A stretch of 64,000 bases of DNA from Antedon mediterranea (GCF_964355755.1 NC_092672.1:14074001-14138000); one strand, 5' to 3'. Numbered from the stretch's first letter, positions 27,601 through 40,975 are shown. Numbers and translations: made by a program. Notes: generated by a model from the sequence alone, not told the origin.

Positions 27601-30600
27601 AGCTTTAGGGTCTAGCCTTCGACAATGTTTAAAGATAGAAGCAGCAGATTATTGAATAGAAGTTTCCACCTCGTTAAATAGACCGGTCAATCATGAAATA
27701 TTCTGACCACATCTATTATATATTATTATACATCTATTATTTGTATACTAATGGATAGAATTTTCATTGTAGAACTTACAACAAATGGATAGTAAATACC
27801 TGTTACCAAGAAAGGTTGGAGCAATGCCTGACAACAAAGCAAAGAATAGATACAAAAATATCTTGCCATGTAAGTTTCACACCAGCAAACCTTCAAAGCG
27901 GATCGTTAAAAACATTTTCAGTGACATTAAAAAATAGATGGCTGTCCGTCCAGCAGTATAATAATGTTTAGTTTTACCATAGTATAGTCATTCAATTCAC
28001 GATTAAACAAAAAAACGATTTTTTTTACCAAAAAGTAAAAAAACTATTTTTAATTTAAAGAAAAATAGCTTTCCTATCAGGCTTTTGATTCTAGTGTTGG
28101 CTATGGCACTGTCTGTCACACTTTGGAATAAAGTGTACTGTTGAATTAGTAAATTATCATCCTGTTGGTAGAATATCCACTGCTTCCTTGGGCTTGATTG
28201 TAACAAGCAAGCTCAGTGGTCTAGAGGTTTAAATGCCAGCCATGTGATCTGGATGAGGGTTTAAGTCCCACCTAAGAATTATTTATTTTTTTTAAACTAT
28301 TCTTAAAATGTACTTAGCAGAAAGTGCAATTACTTCAGAGTAGGGTAAACATCTAACCAGTTTTTATTTATTTGTTATTTATATTACAGTTGACCATACA
28401 AGGGTGTTATTAACAGATTCTGAAAGCGGTGATTATATCAATGCAAACTATATAGATGTAAGTATACTACACATCTACTACAATTAAGTGGAAAAATGTT
28501 TTGTTTTCCAAATGCTATTTTAATAGTATTAATGCAGTTTAAAAGAGTCTGAAATTGTTTTAATCACAAATTTACCAGAAAATTATTTTCCTTAAAAGCA
28601 CATTTGTTTATGCCTAAACTGTATTATGGTGTATTTTATTTATATATAAATTGAATTATTACAGCCGTATAACCCTTACTCATCTCAAATAATGTATTAG
28701 GTTCTTTAAAGTGAACACAAGCATTTTGGTTACACTGGACCTACACTTTATACTACTTGTACGGGATGACGCTCTACCACCAGATTGTAATGAAAAACAA
28801 AAATGTGTGTGTTCCTTTCACAACAGTATTATTGAATTATTAATTGAATTCTGGGTGTGTGTATATACACATGTATAGATGTGTGGTGAAAGAAGGGTTG
28901 AAATTGTTTGGGTTTTTCTTTGAGTTGTGTACTGGCAAGCAGTCCTGTATGGAATAGATTGCCCAGTTTAAAGAAGAACTAAAATAAATACTGTTTTCAG
29001 ATGAGTAAAGCACAAGCAATACAACAACAAGACGGCCTAATTGATAAATTAGATTCACATTGGGACAATATGAAGAAATATGTTGCTACACAGGGTTGTC
29101 TGAAAGATACAGTTGTTGATTTCTGGAGGATGATATGGCAAGAAAATTCTAGAATTATTGTCATGACAACGAAAGAGGTTGAAAGAGGAAAGGTAATATA
29201 TCAAGTATTGATACATTTACCCCTTATGTTTATCCAAGTATAAATATCTTGATGATAATGTTATTTAATATTTGTTGACAATTGGGAAGCTCCCATCAGT
29301 CACTTCACTAACTACCTATTTTGAGAATATAGTTATGAATTTCTCAAATAATTATAGTGTACCGGATCTAGGTCACAGTGTTCCATAAAAATTTTATTTT
29401 TGTGATGTGATAAGAATTGATATGTATTCAAAATAATAATAATAATAATATCCACTCTATGCAGGGTCGTAACCACCAGTTGGTTGGTAAGGTTTTAACC
29501 TTTTTTGAGTGAGTGAGTGGCCGAGCGGTTAAGACAGTGGAACCGTAATTACGTAGCCATAACATCGGCATGGGTTCGAGGCTCACTCACTCCATGGTTC
29601 TGGTGGTAGAACGAGTCTTCTCGGATAAGGACTATAAACCGTAGGTCCAGTGTACACATCTAGCTCGTGTGCACTTTAAAGAACCTAGTACATCTTTCGA
29701 GACGAGTAGGGGGTTACCCCGGTGTATTAGTACATCACAGCCACTGATCACCAACTGGGCCCTCTGGGAGACCAGTCTTTGACTGAAGAGGTTACCCAGT
29801 ATAAATATATATTTCAATTCAATAACCTGACCATTTTGCCACATACTGTAGGCCTTTGACAACCCAGTGGCATGATCAGAGATTATTCCCTTTTCTCCCG
29901 AAAACCTGCCCACTTTATTTCTTGTGGCTACCTCACTGCTAAGGTTACACTTTATGTCGTGTTGTATCTGAATAGAAGTATATTGGAGATTTAATTTATC
30001 CATGATTTCTAGTTTTGTTATTTAACTTTAACAATTTGTCCCTTAAGTATAATAAGTTGTCTTAAAACTTTTAGAATAAATGTGTAAAGTATTGGCCTGA
30101 TCGAGGAAATACAAGGACATGGAATAAGATATCTGTCACTTCAGATCTTGAACATCCAATGGCCGATTATGTGCTACGCAATTTCTCTGTTCAACACTCA
30201 GATTTTGTAAGTTTATTTTAAAGTATTTGTTGTAATTCATTTTTCTTGGTTCAATGTTAGTAGATACTTTATCATTAATTCTCCAAAATGCTAGAAAATG
30301 AAGTACTAATTTATTGAATTACAATTTAACCTTTTCTTTACTTTTTATAGCCTGATGAAATTCGAGAAACATATCATTTTCATTTTAAAAGTTGGCCCGA
30401 CCATGGTGTTCCTCAAGAACCTAGTAGAGTGCTCAATTTTCTTCATGACTACAACAATAAACAAGAATCAATTCCTGATGCTGGACCTATCGTAGTGCAT
30501 TGTAGGTTCGTATAAACAGCATTTAATATTGCAACCAAGGCTCCAACAGACAATAGACATCTTCAGCCTCATTGATTTCATAATATGTACTGTACTGTAC

Positions 30601-32884
30601 AATTTGTCTTTGGTAATATGAACATTTGTAACAGACGGTTGTACTGTACTGAAGTTTGAGTTGCAAATTTAATGGTATCACATGATTTTAGAATAGTGTA
30701 TGGGTTTCCAAAAATTATGTATTATAAAAATGCTTAATAATGTAATGTGAGATTTTGTTTTTTCCTAGTGCTGGTATTGGAAGGACGGGAACATTTATTA
30801 TGATAGATATAGTATTAAATCTCATCAAACAACATGGTATGGTGTTTTTAATTACACAGTTTATGTCTGAATAGTATTCGTTTTGATAAAATATCAATTA
30901 CTAAAGCTATAAAAAAAAAACTTTGTTAGGTTTTGATGCATGCATAAAACACTGTTTTATTGAACATTAAAATATTTGCCCAGTGTAAAGCTCTGTCTAC
31001 ACTATCCACTTGTTATGCGACACGATGATGTCATAAAACTACCATATTTGGGCACATTTGTCAAACTAGTTTGATAGTGTAGACAGAGCTCTATACCAAA
31101 TGAATTAATTTAAGAACAGTCAAGTTTCTTCTTCAATGTTTGTTGTCAATGGAGCTAGATGTAAAGTTGGACTGTTCCATTTTAGTTTATACTATTTTTT
31201 TTAATGAATAAAAAAAAACTAATATTCTGTACATTTTAGCATTTTAAAAAATTATATAAACTTGTTATTTTTATTTATTAATAATTGTCTTATATAGCAC
31301 TTGATAAAATTTAAAAACGTTTATTTTTTTTATTGCAATATGATTTCTTTTGGTTTAAAATCTGTTGTATGTTTGTTTCAGGGTTGGATTGTGAGATTGA
31401 TATTCATCGAACGATCCAAATGCTTAGGAGTCAGCGCTCTGGCATGGTTCAAACTGAAGCACAGTACAAGTTTATTTACCATGCAGTACAACATTATATT
31501 GAAACACTAGCTCAGAGGGTGCAAGCTGAAGTGGTAAGAATCCTTATTTATTTTAGTGCCACTGTATGTAACTTAGTGGTTAACAGCCAATCCCAGGGTC
31601 TTGCAATAGTATACTAACATGAAAGTTGTTATATTTATTATTATACATCAATTGAAAGAACACTAACATGATTTTCTTGCTTTCCTGTACAGTAAATGTT
31701 AAAAGTACCAAAAGCAAACACTAATTCCTATTTTGCCATTTACAAAGTGGTCTAATACAGGATTTGAATTAGTTGAATATACTTTACTTCTCAAATTTGT
31801 AGATCTATGTGGACACACATTTCAATTGACACACCTGTACAAGAGAAATTTTATTGTGAATTGTGTAGTGAAATTACACTCTTCTCTGGTGAGGGCAGTA
31901 CATAATCTTGTCAGCACCTGAAAATACAGGAACTGTCGTCACCAGATTTTAATTGCTTGCATAAACACATTGCACCAACTGAACAAAAAACTACTGAAAC
32001 ATTTTTTCACCATCAAAGTTTTTCAGGTGGAGCCAAATAGCCACATATTCTATTTCTCATGTCCTAATTGCTGCAATAAGTTCTTTTCTTTTGAATGAAA
32101 TTTTTTTTTATATACTATAGCAAAATCAAAAAGTAGGTCGAGAATACATTAATACAAAAAAAGCACATGAAGATTTGATGGCCCTTAATAAAGGAGGAGG
32201 AGCACAGTATGAAGAGCCAAAATTGTATGAAAACATCAACCCTGTATCAAAATCACAGGTGAGTCAATATTGCACTACTATGTAAGATTAAACAATTATT
32301 ATAACACACATAAGTAGATTGTTTTCATTTGATTGGAGGATTGTTATTGAATAAATGTTCCATTGCACTCGTAATGACCAATATCGAGAGTGTAATATCG
32401 TTATGTGTGTGCAGCAGGTACTGCAATTTCATTTTGCCCATTCATTTTTGTTGCACACTGAGCAACCACACGCAAGAGGCTGTCAATTATTTTTCTACTG
32501 CATGTCCAAAATTGGAGCACTGCCTTTTCAAATAATTTTGGCCTTGCCTCTCGCTAAAAGTATGTGTGTTATAAAACAAATAATGAATGTTTTATATTCA
32601 TACAATAGAAACAAATAATTTCATTCTGTGAAAGGTGAGAATTGTTATATTATTATATTTTTACCTCATCAAATTATTTGTGCTATCGCACCAAAATATG
32701 GAACAACCCACTTAAAGGCTTAATTAATTTACTCAAAGAGGTCAGTTTCATTTGTAAATTGTCAAATATGAATCACTGTAGGTGTACATTTGTTTAAATT
32801 TGTGTAAATAAATAAAGTTTGACGTCATTGTCATAATACTATTTTTGACAGATAAAGAAGCAACCACAGCTACCTAAAAAGTAA
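16220..32884 (+). CDS. PTPN11: SH2-SH2-PTP tyrosine phosphatase SHP2/corkscrew orthologue, 588 aa
   Basis: join(16220-16233, 23617-23739, 24418-24612, 26439-26601, 27078-27194, 27361-27480, 27773-27869, 28390-28457, 29001-29192, 30075-30206, 30351-30505, 30769-30836, 31382-31533, 32121-32258, 32852-32884) = 1767 nt. MASRRWFHPN, two SH2 domains, [47 protein letters not shown]. All junctions are GT-AG and in phase. Confidence 0.96.
16283..16655. repeat. CTAG/AGGCCT palindromic low-complexity array just after PTPN11 exon 1
   Basis: Dense ctag, ctagg, gctagc and aggcct words starting about 50 bp after the exon 1 donor (16234). Confidence 0.8.
17985..18504. repeat. Minisatellite, 52-bp unit x10
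   Basis: Unit attggtgagagtttatgtaagacatagagatgcaaaaggtaagccttatgca, near-perfect copies with no spacers. Confidence 0.97.
19123..19317. repeat. Minisatellite, 49-bp unit x4
   Basis: Unit aaatgcaaccaacaataaaggacttgctaataactataccagtaaatca. Confidence 0.95.
20282..20431. mobile_element. Small MITE (TIR agctctgtctacactatc); second copy at 30989-31090
   Basis: ctctgtctacact...agtatagacagagct inverted ends, and internal gtgcccaaatatggtag shared with the 30989 copy. Confidence 0.7.
20440..21595. repeat. Degenerate about 58-bp tandem repeat within a locally duplicated block
   Basis: tatttatttgttgataagcccaattttccagtcttaattttacattttgaa recurs at 20455-20720, 21265-21360 and 21545-21590. The flanking block ttccacagtg...ttacatgatattgaccg is also duplicated (about 20730-20795 and 21365-21417). 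Confidence 0.75.
21889..22248. mobile_element. Fold-back MITE, possibly PIF/Harbinger-type
   Basis: Ends aggccca...tgggcct with long imperfect inverted arms (tacataaaccaaaagaaat / atttcttttggtttatgta; ccaatcaaatgacgtcatga / tcatgacgtcatttgattgg). Confidence 0.75.
24759..25040. repeat. Minisatellite, 71-bp unit x4
   Basis: Unit cacagtcttccttaaacaagctttgtaccagttttgaatcggtaccctgtcaatactttgtgtgtcattac. Confidence 0.95.
25550..25618 (+). mobile_element. 3' tail of an L2-type LINE or L2-dependent SINE
   Basis: aaatgcgccttgagcac...tgtgcgctataaaaat followed by a (TTA)n tail, resembling L2-clade 3' ends. Confidence 0.55.
25886..26175. mobile_element. 290-bp MITE with 32-bp perfect TIRs and 7-bp TSD, P-superfamily-like
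   Basis: TIR caaagaacttataacacaagaatctcctgttc (25886-25917; inverse 26144-26175). GTTTTTC on both sides (25879-25885, 26176-26182). Confidence 0.85.
28211..28275 (+). mobile_element. Degenerate tRNA-derived SINE head
   Basis: A-box-like tggtctagagg and B-box-like ggtttaagtcc at tRNA-like spacing; no convincing cloverleaf. Confidence 0.4.
28661..28784 (-). mobile_element. Diverged Deu-domain SINE core fragment in PTPN11 intron 8
   Basis: Reverse complement reads tctggtggtaga...gtaggtccagtgta...cactttaaagaacc...gagtaagggtta, matching the SINE at 29507. Confidence 0.75.
29507..29822 (+). mobile_element. Full-length tRNA-headed SINE with a Deu/Nin-type central domain, in PTPN11 intron 9
   Basis: A box TGGCCGAGCGG, B box GGTTCGAG, stem gagtgagtg/cactcactc ending CCA (29594). 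Body taaaccgtaggtcc...ttaaagaacc...gagtagggggttaccccggtgt resembles the Deu domain. AT-rich tail. Confidence 0.85.
30989..31090. mobile_element. Small MITE, same family as 20282-20431
   Basis: 18-bp perfect TIR agctctgtctacactatc / gatagtgtagacagagct. Confidence 0.75.
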
Positions 32885-35800
32885 AGAATTCAGCGTTCAT
32901 CAACACGGACTGCAAACATAAAGATAGCTGAGTACATCCACACATTGCATGTGCTTATCATGAAATCAATGCTATGAATAAATGCCTCACTAGACATTTG
33001 ATATCCGCTTCCAATGTTTATGGATTCTATGTCTCGTCTAAAAGGAATTCATTTCGTATAGATCACTGTTAATTTTAAGTGACTTAAACACCTCAAAAGT
33101 AATTTTCCTATTGTATAATTGAGGTATTTATTGGAAGAAAAAGATTATGCAAATGTTTAACAATTTTATCTATGATGAAAAGACATAAATACAAAATGTT
33201 TTAAAGTGACAATCAATTATGAAAACCTAAAATTAGTGTTTAGATTGAGGTACTGTACTGTTAAAAAATAAACTGAAAAATCAGATGAGTTTCGATACTA
33301 TTTACCTATCGTTGTCTATATTATTGCTAATAGATATGTACAGTATTATTAATATTATTATTGTTATTATATCTTAAAACAATTTCATCTTTTTTATCCT
33401 TTTAGAAAGTAGTATGTTAATTTCATTAATTGAAAATACTAGTACTGAACTAAACTTAAAAACATGATTTGTCGCATATTTTTAGCAATTTATATCTACA
33501 ATGATATTTTGAAATACATGTCACTATGATACGATTTAAAAAGTTGTGTTTGAAAGATTTGTTGTCACTAACCGGGCTGTTTATTCATTTAATGTACATC
33601 TTTTTTGGTTTTTATAATTTATAAATAGCATTTTCATGGCTAATGTCTCCGCTAGGATAATCCAAAATGTGCCACAGACACACCAACACAAAATCAGAAT
33701 TTAGCACATGTTATGAGTTTACTACTTTTAAATGTGTTGTATACTTGTATGTATGTTTGTATTGTATAAAAGGAACATAATTTGAATTTATGAAATTAAC
33801 ATACCACTATATAAATATATATATTGAATCTCGAGTTTTATAAACTATATACAACAGGATACTACTAAATAATAAGGTTAGTTGGTACAGTAATAATGCA
33901 TTGATGTAATAGGTGATTTTCATAATATAAGATATCAACTGGTTTGATGCTATGAAATTATGCTTAATTAATTTTTTTTTATTGATATTAAAATTAATTA
34001 AGGTTATCAAATAATTTGATACTAATAAAGTATTATATTTTGTTGCTGGTATTTAGAATTCTTATTGTTTTATAGAAACACGAATGATTTATCTTGGTGA
34101 TCATGACTTTATTATTAAAAAGAGAAAACCAAATACTGTATAGACATTATGTGCTACTACTAATTTGAACATTTGTATTGTATTATTGGACATTGTTTTA
34201 GCAACTGATTTTGAAAATGTATATAGATTAAGCTCTATGAATGTATTTGTTAAATAACTTTTGCATATGTAGCAGAAATATGACATAATGCTGTATACAC
34301 ACAAATTGTGCGTAGCCTATACCATTAATCAAAGTGCCGCTCAAATTCTCGTTAATTCATTGGTAGTTGGCATTGTATTTTAAACTCATATTGCCTGTAG
34401 ATTTAGAAACATTGTTAATTTGAACTCGTCATTTACACAAAAACAAATATAATCGACTCATAAATAAGAAACGTATTGAAACGTCAGCTCATTGTTATCT
34501 GTATACGGTTTGGTTAGGCGCAGGTTGGCTTGGTTCAGGTTTGCGCAACTGGAAAGCAGTACCAAGAAGTTATATAATCGTGTAGTTATAATCTGGTGAT
34601 GATGTGCTTTACCACAAATGGTGAAATTAGTCAGTCGGTATTTTAGCAGAAGGAGGCATTTTGCTAACAGTTTAAAACAAATAAATATCAAAGCTTAGCA
34701 CAGAGATCGTTGATTAAATAAATGCGATTGTCGTATTTGTAGACGGTATACGATTAAATCTGTAAAGTCATAGGCCTATGCATAAACATGTATGTTAATG
34801 TATACTCCGATTGTAACTTTAAACACGCATAATTGAAATGCGTAGAAAAGATGTACCCCCAGCAGCCGTGTAGTGATGGTAAAACACGTTACTATAAGGA
34901 ATTCAACTGATAATCCTCCTCTCATAATGTCTAATTTCCATACAGTGTGTTTCAAACTAAATATTTTTTTATTCTTTGTCTTGCTTTATAAGAACGAATG
35001 GGGTCATTTATATTATGTATTGGCGCCAACCTAGGCAATACAGTATTCGTCAATATTACAATAGATTGACAAAATATAAGAACTAAAAAGTAATAATTAG
35101 CACTGTCTGGATAGTAAGGTTATTCTTTAATTTACTAAATTATAAAGGATAGTTATATTAAAACATTTTCTTTTATTAATATTCAGTGGGTTTCACCATT
35201 TGTTCGGTTTCATTGTAGGCTTAATTTACGCTCAATTTCCAAGCATGGGGAACGATGTCAACACTCCTGTTCTAAAAATCAAATGTGTTTCATCTCATGT
35301 GTAGAAAGTTGACCAAATTGAGCAGAGAAATGTGCCCCATGGTATACCACAAACTTTACTGTAAAATTTGATATCCTGATTAACTTTGTACGCTTCAATA
35401 ATTTACTCCATGTTAAAGTGTGTTTGTGGTCATTAGTGCTGGACACTTGACCGCCTCATGTTATTAAACGTTGTCCTACTTTAATTATCCTAAATATATT
35501 TGTATTCATATTCCCTATTTTTACGATTTAGTCTTTTTAACTGTTTTTGTTTATTATTTTCCTGTGTTTAAATTCAGCATTCTAATGTCCACATCAGAGC
35601 AGCCGCGATATAGTGCTTTTCTTCACAATACATGACAATGGCGGTGGCCTTTGTCGTCAAAAAAACAAACATGCCATATCTCTCCCCTTCCCCTCTGCAT
35701 GTTATACGGCTCTCCTCTTCCCCTCCTACCACTGCATGTTATGCGCGTATACATCACCTGTTTCACCGTCGTCATGTGTTTTACAACTTATGCCTGTTGT

Positions 35801-36664
35801 TAATGTAATAATAATTTTCGATTGTAATAACTTCTGTTGTTATTGTTATGCATTCTTCTCTTGTCGGTCGACAATTCACTAAGTAGTACTCACAAGTTTT
35901 AATAATCTTTAATACAAATAGAAAGATTCGACCGAATGGGTTCTCTTTGCAAAGTGACCATTTGATGTCTTTATTATTATGGTTGAACCATGAGGGTTGT
36001 GGTATTGACACCAACGTTTTAACTACTGTACACAGGCAATCGCCAAAAGACGTTAAAGATTGTACGGCAGTGGTTCGTTAGGTTTGATGTACCTTATCGC
36101 CTGCACCTTGATTTAAATACTGCAATTTTGAAATGAAAGAACTTTTTGGATTACTAAATCCAGAATACGTAAAATCTCAGGGAAATTGGCAGTTTTGAGA
36201 GATTCTTACTGTATCTCTAGTTTTCACTTACAACGCTACATCACATTCATCAGCCGTATATTCCCCAGGTATTATAGACTGTGTTTGGACTTTGGAGTTA
36301 CCCATTGATTATGTTCTATGGGATGGAATAGAATAAGGTAGAGACACCGGAGAGAATGGGTTGCATAAACCATTTCAAAGCCTCATCAGAAACATATATT
36401 TCTTAGCTGAATGAAAGTTAACTTGATGAAATAAAAATAGAGATACTATGTTCAACATAACGTGAACCCAGTCAGATGAATTTTGTCACCTTTGACCCTG
36501 CATTGTCAACATTCATTCTAAACCGCCCGGTGATATACTGAAATTTAATTAGAAACGATAAGATGAGGAAATCTGTGAGATATAATAATTATATTGTTTA
36601 GGCCTAATTAGCATAGCATGGACCATAATTTATTAGGCCTACATATAAGTGAAATAACAATCTT

Positions 36665-39600
36665 TTATTTTGAAACTGTTTTTCTTGCCAAGATCAAAAA
36701 CACAGGAAAATGCATGGTGACTGGTAGAAGATGCACAGGCGTGATAACATCCAGGATCTCACGAGCTCTGGAAAATTTAAAAAAAATGCTGGTGACACCA
36801 GAGAAGCACACATTGTAAATTAGAAAGTGTTGATCAAATTCTGATTTCTATTAATACTCTGATGTATGGTGTATGTGATGCTATGCCAAGTTTAGACAAC
36901 TATGCCTAACTTTACAACCGCTAATGTAGTAAACGAACATCTACCTTTGTTGAAATTGAATTGCTGGATCTGGTTTTGTTGGATTAGCATTGATGAACAG
37001 TTGGTATAATGCCGTAGATTTCAGAAACCCAATGAAATCCGACAGCATCATATCTTTTTCAATAGTATAAGAATCATCTCTGAAATTAACACAATACAAA
37101 TTGTTAATAACACTTTTAATCAGTTTCTTTCTATCTAACTGTGTCAAAATAGATTTTAACATTTTTGACAATCAATAAATGACAATTTTGATAATCAATC
37201 TTCAACATAACTTAAACTCAGCGCAAAATGAGTTAAAATGTTGGTATGAAATAATCTTTGGATGTAAAACACTATTGACAATACAAGTGGTGTTCCGAGC
37301 GGTAACGGATTACAGATGAAGGTAAATCTGGTAAATTTCTGGTTATTATATTAAAGATGAGAAGCAATTGTTGGCAGAATCAGCTATAATTCTCTTTATC
37401 AACATTGTAGATTTGTCAAACTAGGCCTACATTACCTTTCAATATTCTCAAATGGTAGTTCTAGATCGGCATACTTAGTCCTTACTAGATGGTAAAATGA
37501 GTCCATATAAGGAGTGGTTTTATCCATGAAAACCTATTGAAAAATTAAACTTACGTTAAATAAGTTCATACCACATCAATACTTCATAACAATTTAAAGA
37601 ACTAGATGGTACCGTCCAGGTCGTGCCCACAGATGGTTCTCCAATACACAGTAATTTCAGCGTAAACAAACTGGCGATTTCAATGAATACATTGTCGTTT
37701 ACAGAAACGAATAAATAGACACGATGATTAATATGTAGTCAACTAAAATTATTACTCTGGGAATTACTTCCGAAAAAGAAACTTTTTTTTGGACTCATTT
37801 TAAACAAACCCAATTTGTGTTTTTGTATGTAACATTAGGGTTAAGGGATGGGGAAAAAGATGGGTACAAAGAGAAACAATTTTTAATATTCCTTATCCAC
37901 TCAGTAACGACATATTTGTTCATGTTTTATAGGCTTATAAATAGATACCACTAAATACATTAAAACATTTGCGATTTAATACTTTTATAAAACTGTCACT
38001 GTCGATCATAGTCGACGGAAATAGTAAAGTACATGTAACGATACACCACTGAAACGTTTATATTTTTGTAATTATTAATTAATATTGAGAAGCAACTGTC
38101 AATAATAAAGTTTATTTGTATATTATTTTGTGTTTATATCTAACAGTTAGGGCCAACCCACACTCACAGTACAGTTTATTTGTATAGGCCTATGTGTTTA
38201 TATATCTAACAGTACCAAGACATTTGCGATTCAAATGGCGACCAAAAATGGTTAATACGTATTGACAGTATTGTCAAAGTATTGCAATACTTTATCTGAA
38301 GGTTTTAGGTTTATCCCTATAAGGGCCCATAAATTTACCTACTTGTGTTAAACCAAATCATTATACTGTGAGAGATTGGAATGTTCCATTCATCTCAAAT
38401 CAATACATTTGTATAAACATATATTTAATCTATCAAAATAAATTTTTTTTTCGAAAATCTTTACCACTATGATGCTGTACTCGAGCTGTTAAACCGGTTT
38501 TCAGCTATTAAAAACAATTATCGTAGAAGGAGATAGGTAAATGCGAAGCATCCTCGTATTATTGTGTGCACGTATTTTTGAAGATGGACATCTATTAGAC
38601 AGTGTATACCACGATCGGAAAACATCCTATTTGGGGCAAATAGTTGAACCTAAATTTGTTTTAATTGTTAATAACTAATTATCTAACTTAATTTAATCAG
38701 TAGGCGCGGGCTATCAGGTGGTTAAAATCAGTACCGAAAGTACTCTATATCGAGTAGACATTCTAGAAGTAACGCGCGATTTACAGAATTTTGCACTCTC
38801 GTAAAATTATATATAGATTAGTTACATAGTGTAAAGGTAAATAAATTACAGCACAAATTGAGTTGATAAACCATACGTGTATATATAAGTTATGGACCGC
38901 CGATAATCTCTTCTCTGCGGTGACGTTATGCAGAGAAGAGATTACTGGCGTTCCATATACATAAGGATGTGCGCTGTGTCTGTTTTTAGATTTACCCTGA
39001 TATCGTGATACTTATTTATTCGTTAATTACTGTGTAAATAAATAATACCTACTTCTTCAAATGCTTGTTCAAGTTCTTCAACTTTTTCTCCATTATATCG
39101 ACAGCTTACCAGCTCATAACAAACAATAGCAACACAGCCATTTGGCTTTAGTACTCTTTGAATTTCAGATCCAAACTTGTTTGGGTCAAGATAATGAGCA
39201 GCCGTTGCGCATGTCACCAGCGCTGTCGATTCCGCCGGCACGGGTATTGCCTCCCCACTTCCAACTCTAGAAAATATTAGTTTTAGTCGTTTTATTTTGG
39301 CAATTAATGCTTTGTAAAACGCATTTCTGTAATTGAAATTTTAGATTGATTAATTACTTTTACTCTCATATTATTATTTTATTTGTTGTGACATCTCAAA
39401 TTTAGACATTTCTGAAATCACGTTGAAGAAAATAATTACACTTTATTTTAAACTAAACACAAAAAGCACCATACACGTATGTTGTATTCAGGTGCTGTAA
39501 TCTTCTTGCAGATGATATTTGAGCTTCACTAATATCTACACCGATGACGTCATCAAAATGTTTGGCTAGTGACCTGGTAAACTGTCCTGACCCACAACCA

Positions 39601-40913
39601 ACATCAACAACCGACCCCAAAGGTATCTGCAGAGATTATTATTAGTATTATATTCTAATATCTTGAAAGAGATAACTATATACAAATGCAATATAAATAA
39701 CGTTTAAGAAAATATTATATTAATACGAATGAATGACAAATGCTGATGCTTTGAATATTATGGTCTGTATTATTACATTAATTAAATACATTATAGGCCT
39801 ATCCAATATTTAAAGTATAGGCCTTATGGGGCTTTAAATAATGCATGACCTCTGTTAAGCGGACGTGAAGTATAAACAAAATCAGTACGGTAAGTTGCAA
39901 TTTATGATTGCACAAATTAATATTACAGTAGGCCTATAGGCTTATATAAAAAACAACAATTTAAATTAATCGATTACATAGGCCTATATAATTCATTTTT
40001 TTAAAACCTAAACATTTAGTAGCATATAATAAGCAGAACTTATTGCAAATCGTTATTCGGGTAGACTCAAAATGTGCTCGACCCGGGTTGTATACGACAA
40101 TTAGTAGGCCTACACAAATGGCGCGCCTCCCGCTACTAGGGCCGGAGCATCTCTTTAAGTTTGCTTTATGATGTAGTCCGAACTGAAAAGTGGTATGGAG
40201 GTCATTAAGTGAAAGTATAAAGTCCGTTTAGGCAATAACCATCAATCAACACAGATGACTATCTAGTAGTTTATTCGACCAGCATAAACAGTTCTACACA
40301 ATTAACATATATAAATGAATATTCCGGGTAGGGCCGGCTCCGGCTAATGTAAAGTACCTTGCTGTAAAACATACAGAGCCAGTTACCACTGTTTCTGAAA
40401 ATTTAATAATACTCCACACTGGCTGACAGAAAAAACAAGCAATAACCTCAAAAACAAAGGCTCTAACAAAAAGTTTTCATTATTTATTATGTTATAATAA
40501 TTATGACCTCATATTATTAAATATTAACGTAATAATATTGAAAAGTTCTTTTGTGGGTTTCTGTTTTCGGAATTTCTCGAAAACAGACCCCATACAAATA
40601 ATGAGGTCTCGGGTCTCTGTTTGTCTGTTTTGAAACACCCGGTTTGTTTTACAAAAAGGGAAAAAATCGTAATGAGCCTACTACCATATTTCCATTGCTA
40701 GTCTTGCCTCGCCCCGGCAGCCGGTTTGATTAATCGCTAAAATATAGAAATATATTAGCATGAATAATGGCGAATCGTAGATTCTTGAGTTGTAGTACTT
40801 ACCGGTGTCTTTTCTTGTAAAAAAGAACATATTCGGTCAATTAGTGTGTCTGGGTAAGTTGGTCGATATGTTTGGTAAAGTTCAGCGTGCGTTGGATCTT
40901 CGAAATATTTCAT
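36665..40913 (-). CDS. Class I SAM-dependent methyltransferase (Methyltransf_11, DDB_G0268948-like), 270 aa
   Basis: Exons 40913-40803, 39626-39475, 39266-39053, 37533-37436, 37079-36945, 36767-36665 = 813 nt with consistent phases. Motifs HAELYQTYRPTYP, VVDVGCGSGQ, VIGVDISEAQI, LVTCATAAHY, RVLKPNGCVAI and terminal FPVFLILARK. Confidence 0.92.
38892..38958. repeat. Short imperfect palindrome, probable MITE remnant
   Basis: tatggaccgccgataatctcttctctgc / gcagagaagagattactggcgttccata around a 10-nt loop. Confidence 0.6.
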
Positions 40914-40967
40914 TTTGCAGGATGATCTCTATTGACAGAGTACCAATATTACATCTAAACCTTGAGG

Positions 40968-40975
40968 TTTATATA
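40968..40975 (-). promoter_or_regulatory. Candidate TATA box of the methyltransferase gene
   Basis: TATATAAA on the minus strand about 55 nt upstream of the ATG at 40913. The AT-rich background makes this weak. Confidence 0.3.

Noticed and set aside
29507-29594. tRNA gene
   Set aside because: The anticodon arm is irregular and the sequence runs directly into a SINE body that has other copies in the window, so it is a SINE head.
29632-30003. 123-aa minus-strand ORF
   Set aside because: Antisense to a SINE in PTPN11 intron 9, with no recognisable protein features.
35781-36014. Possible extra methyltransferase exon
   Set aside because: The gene already ends with a family-typical C-terminus and TAA at 36665.
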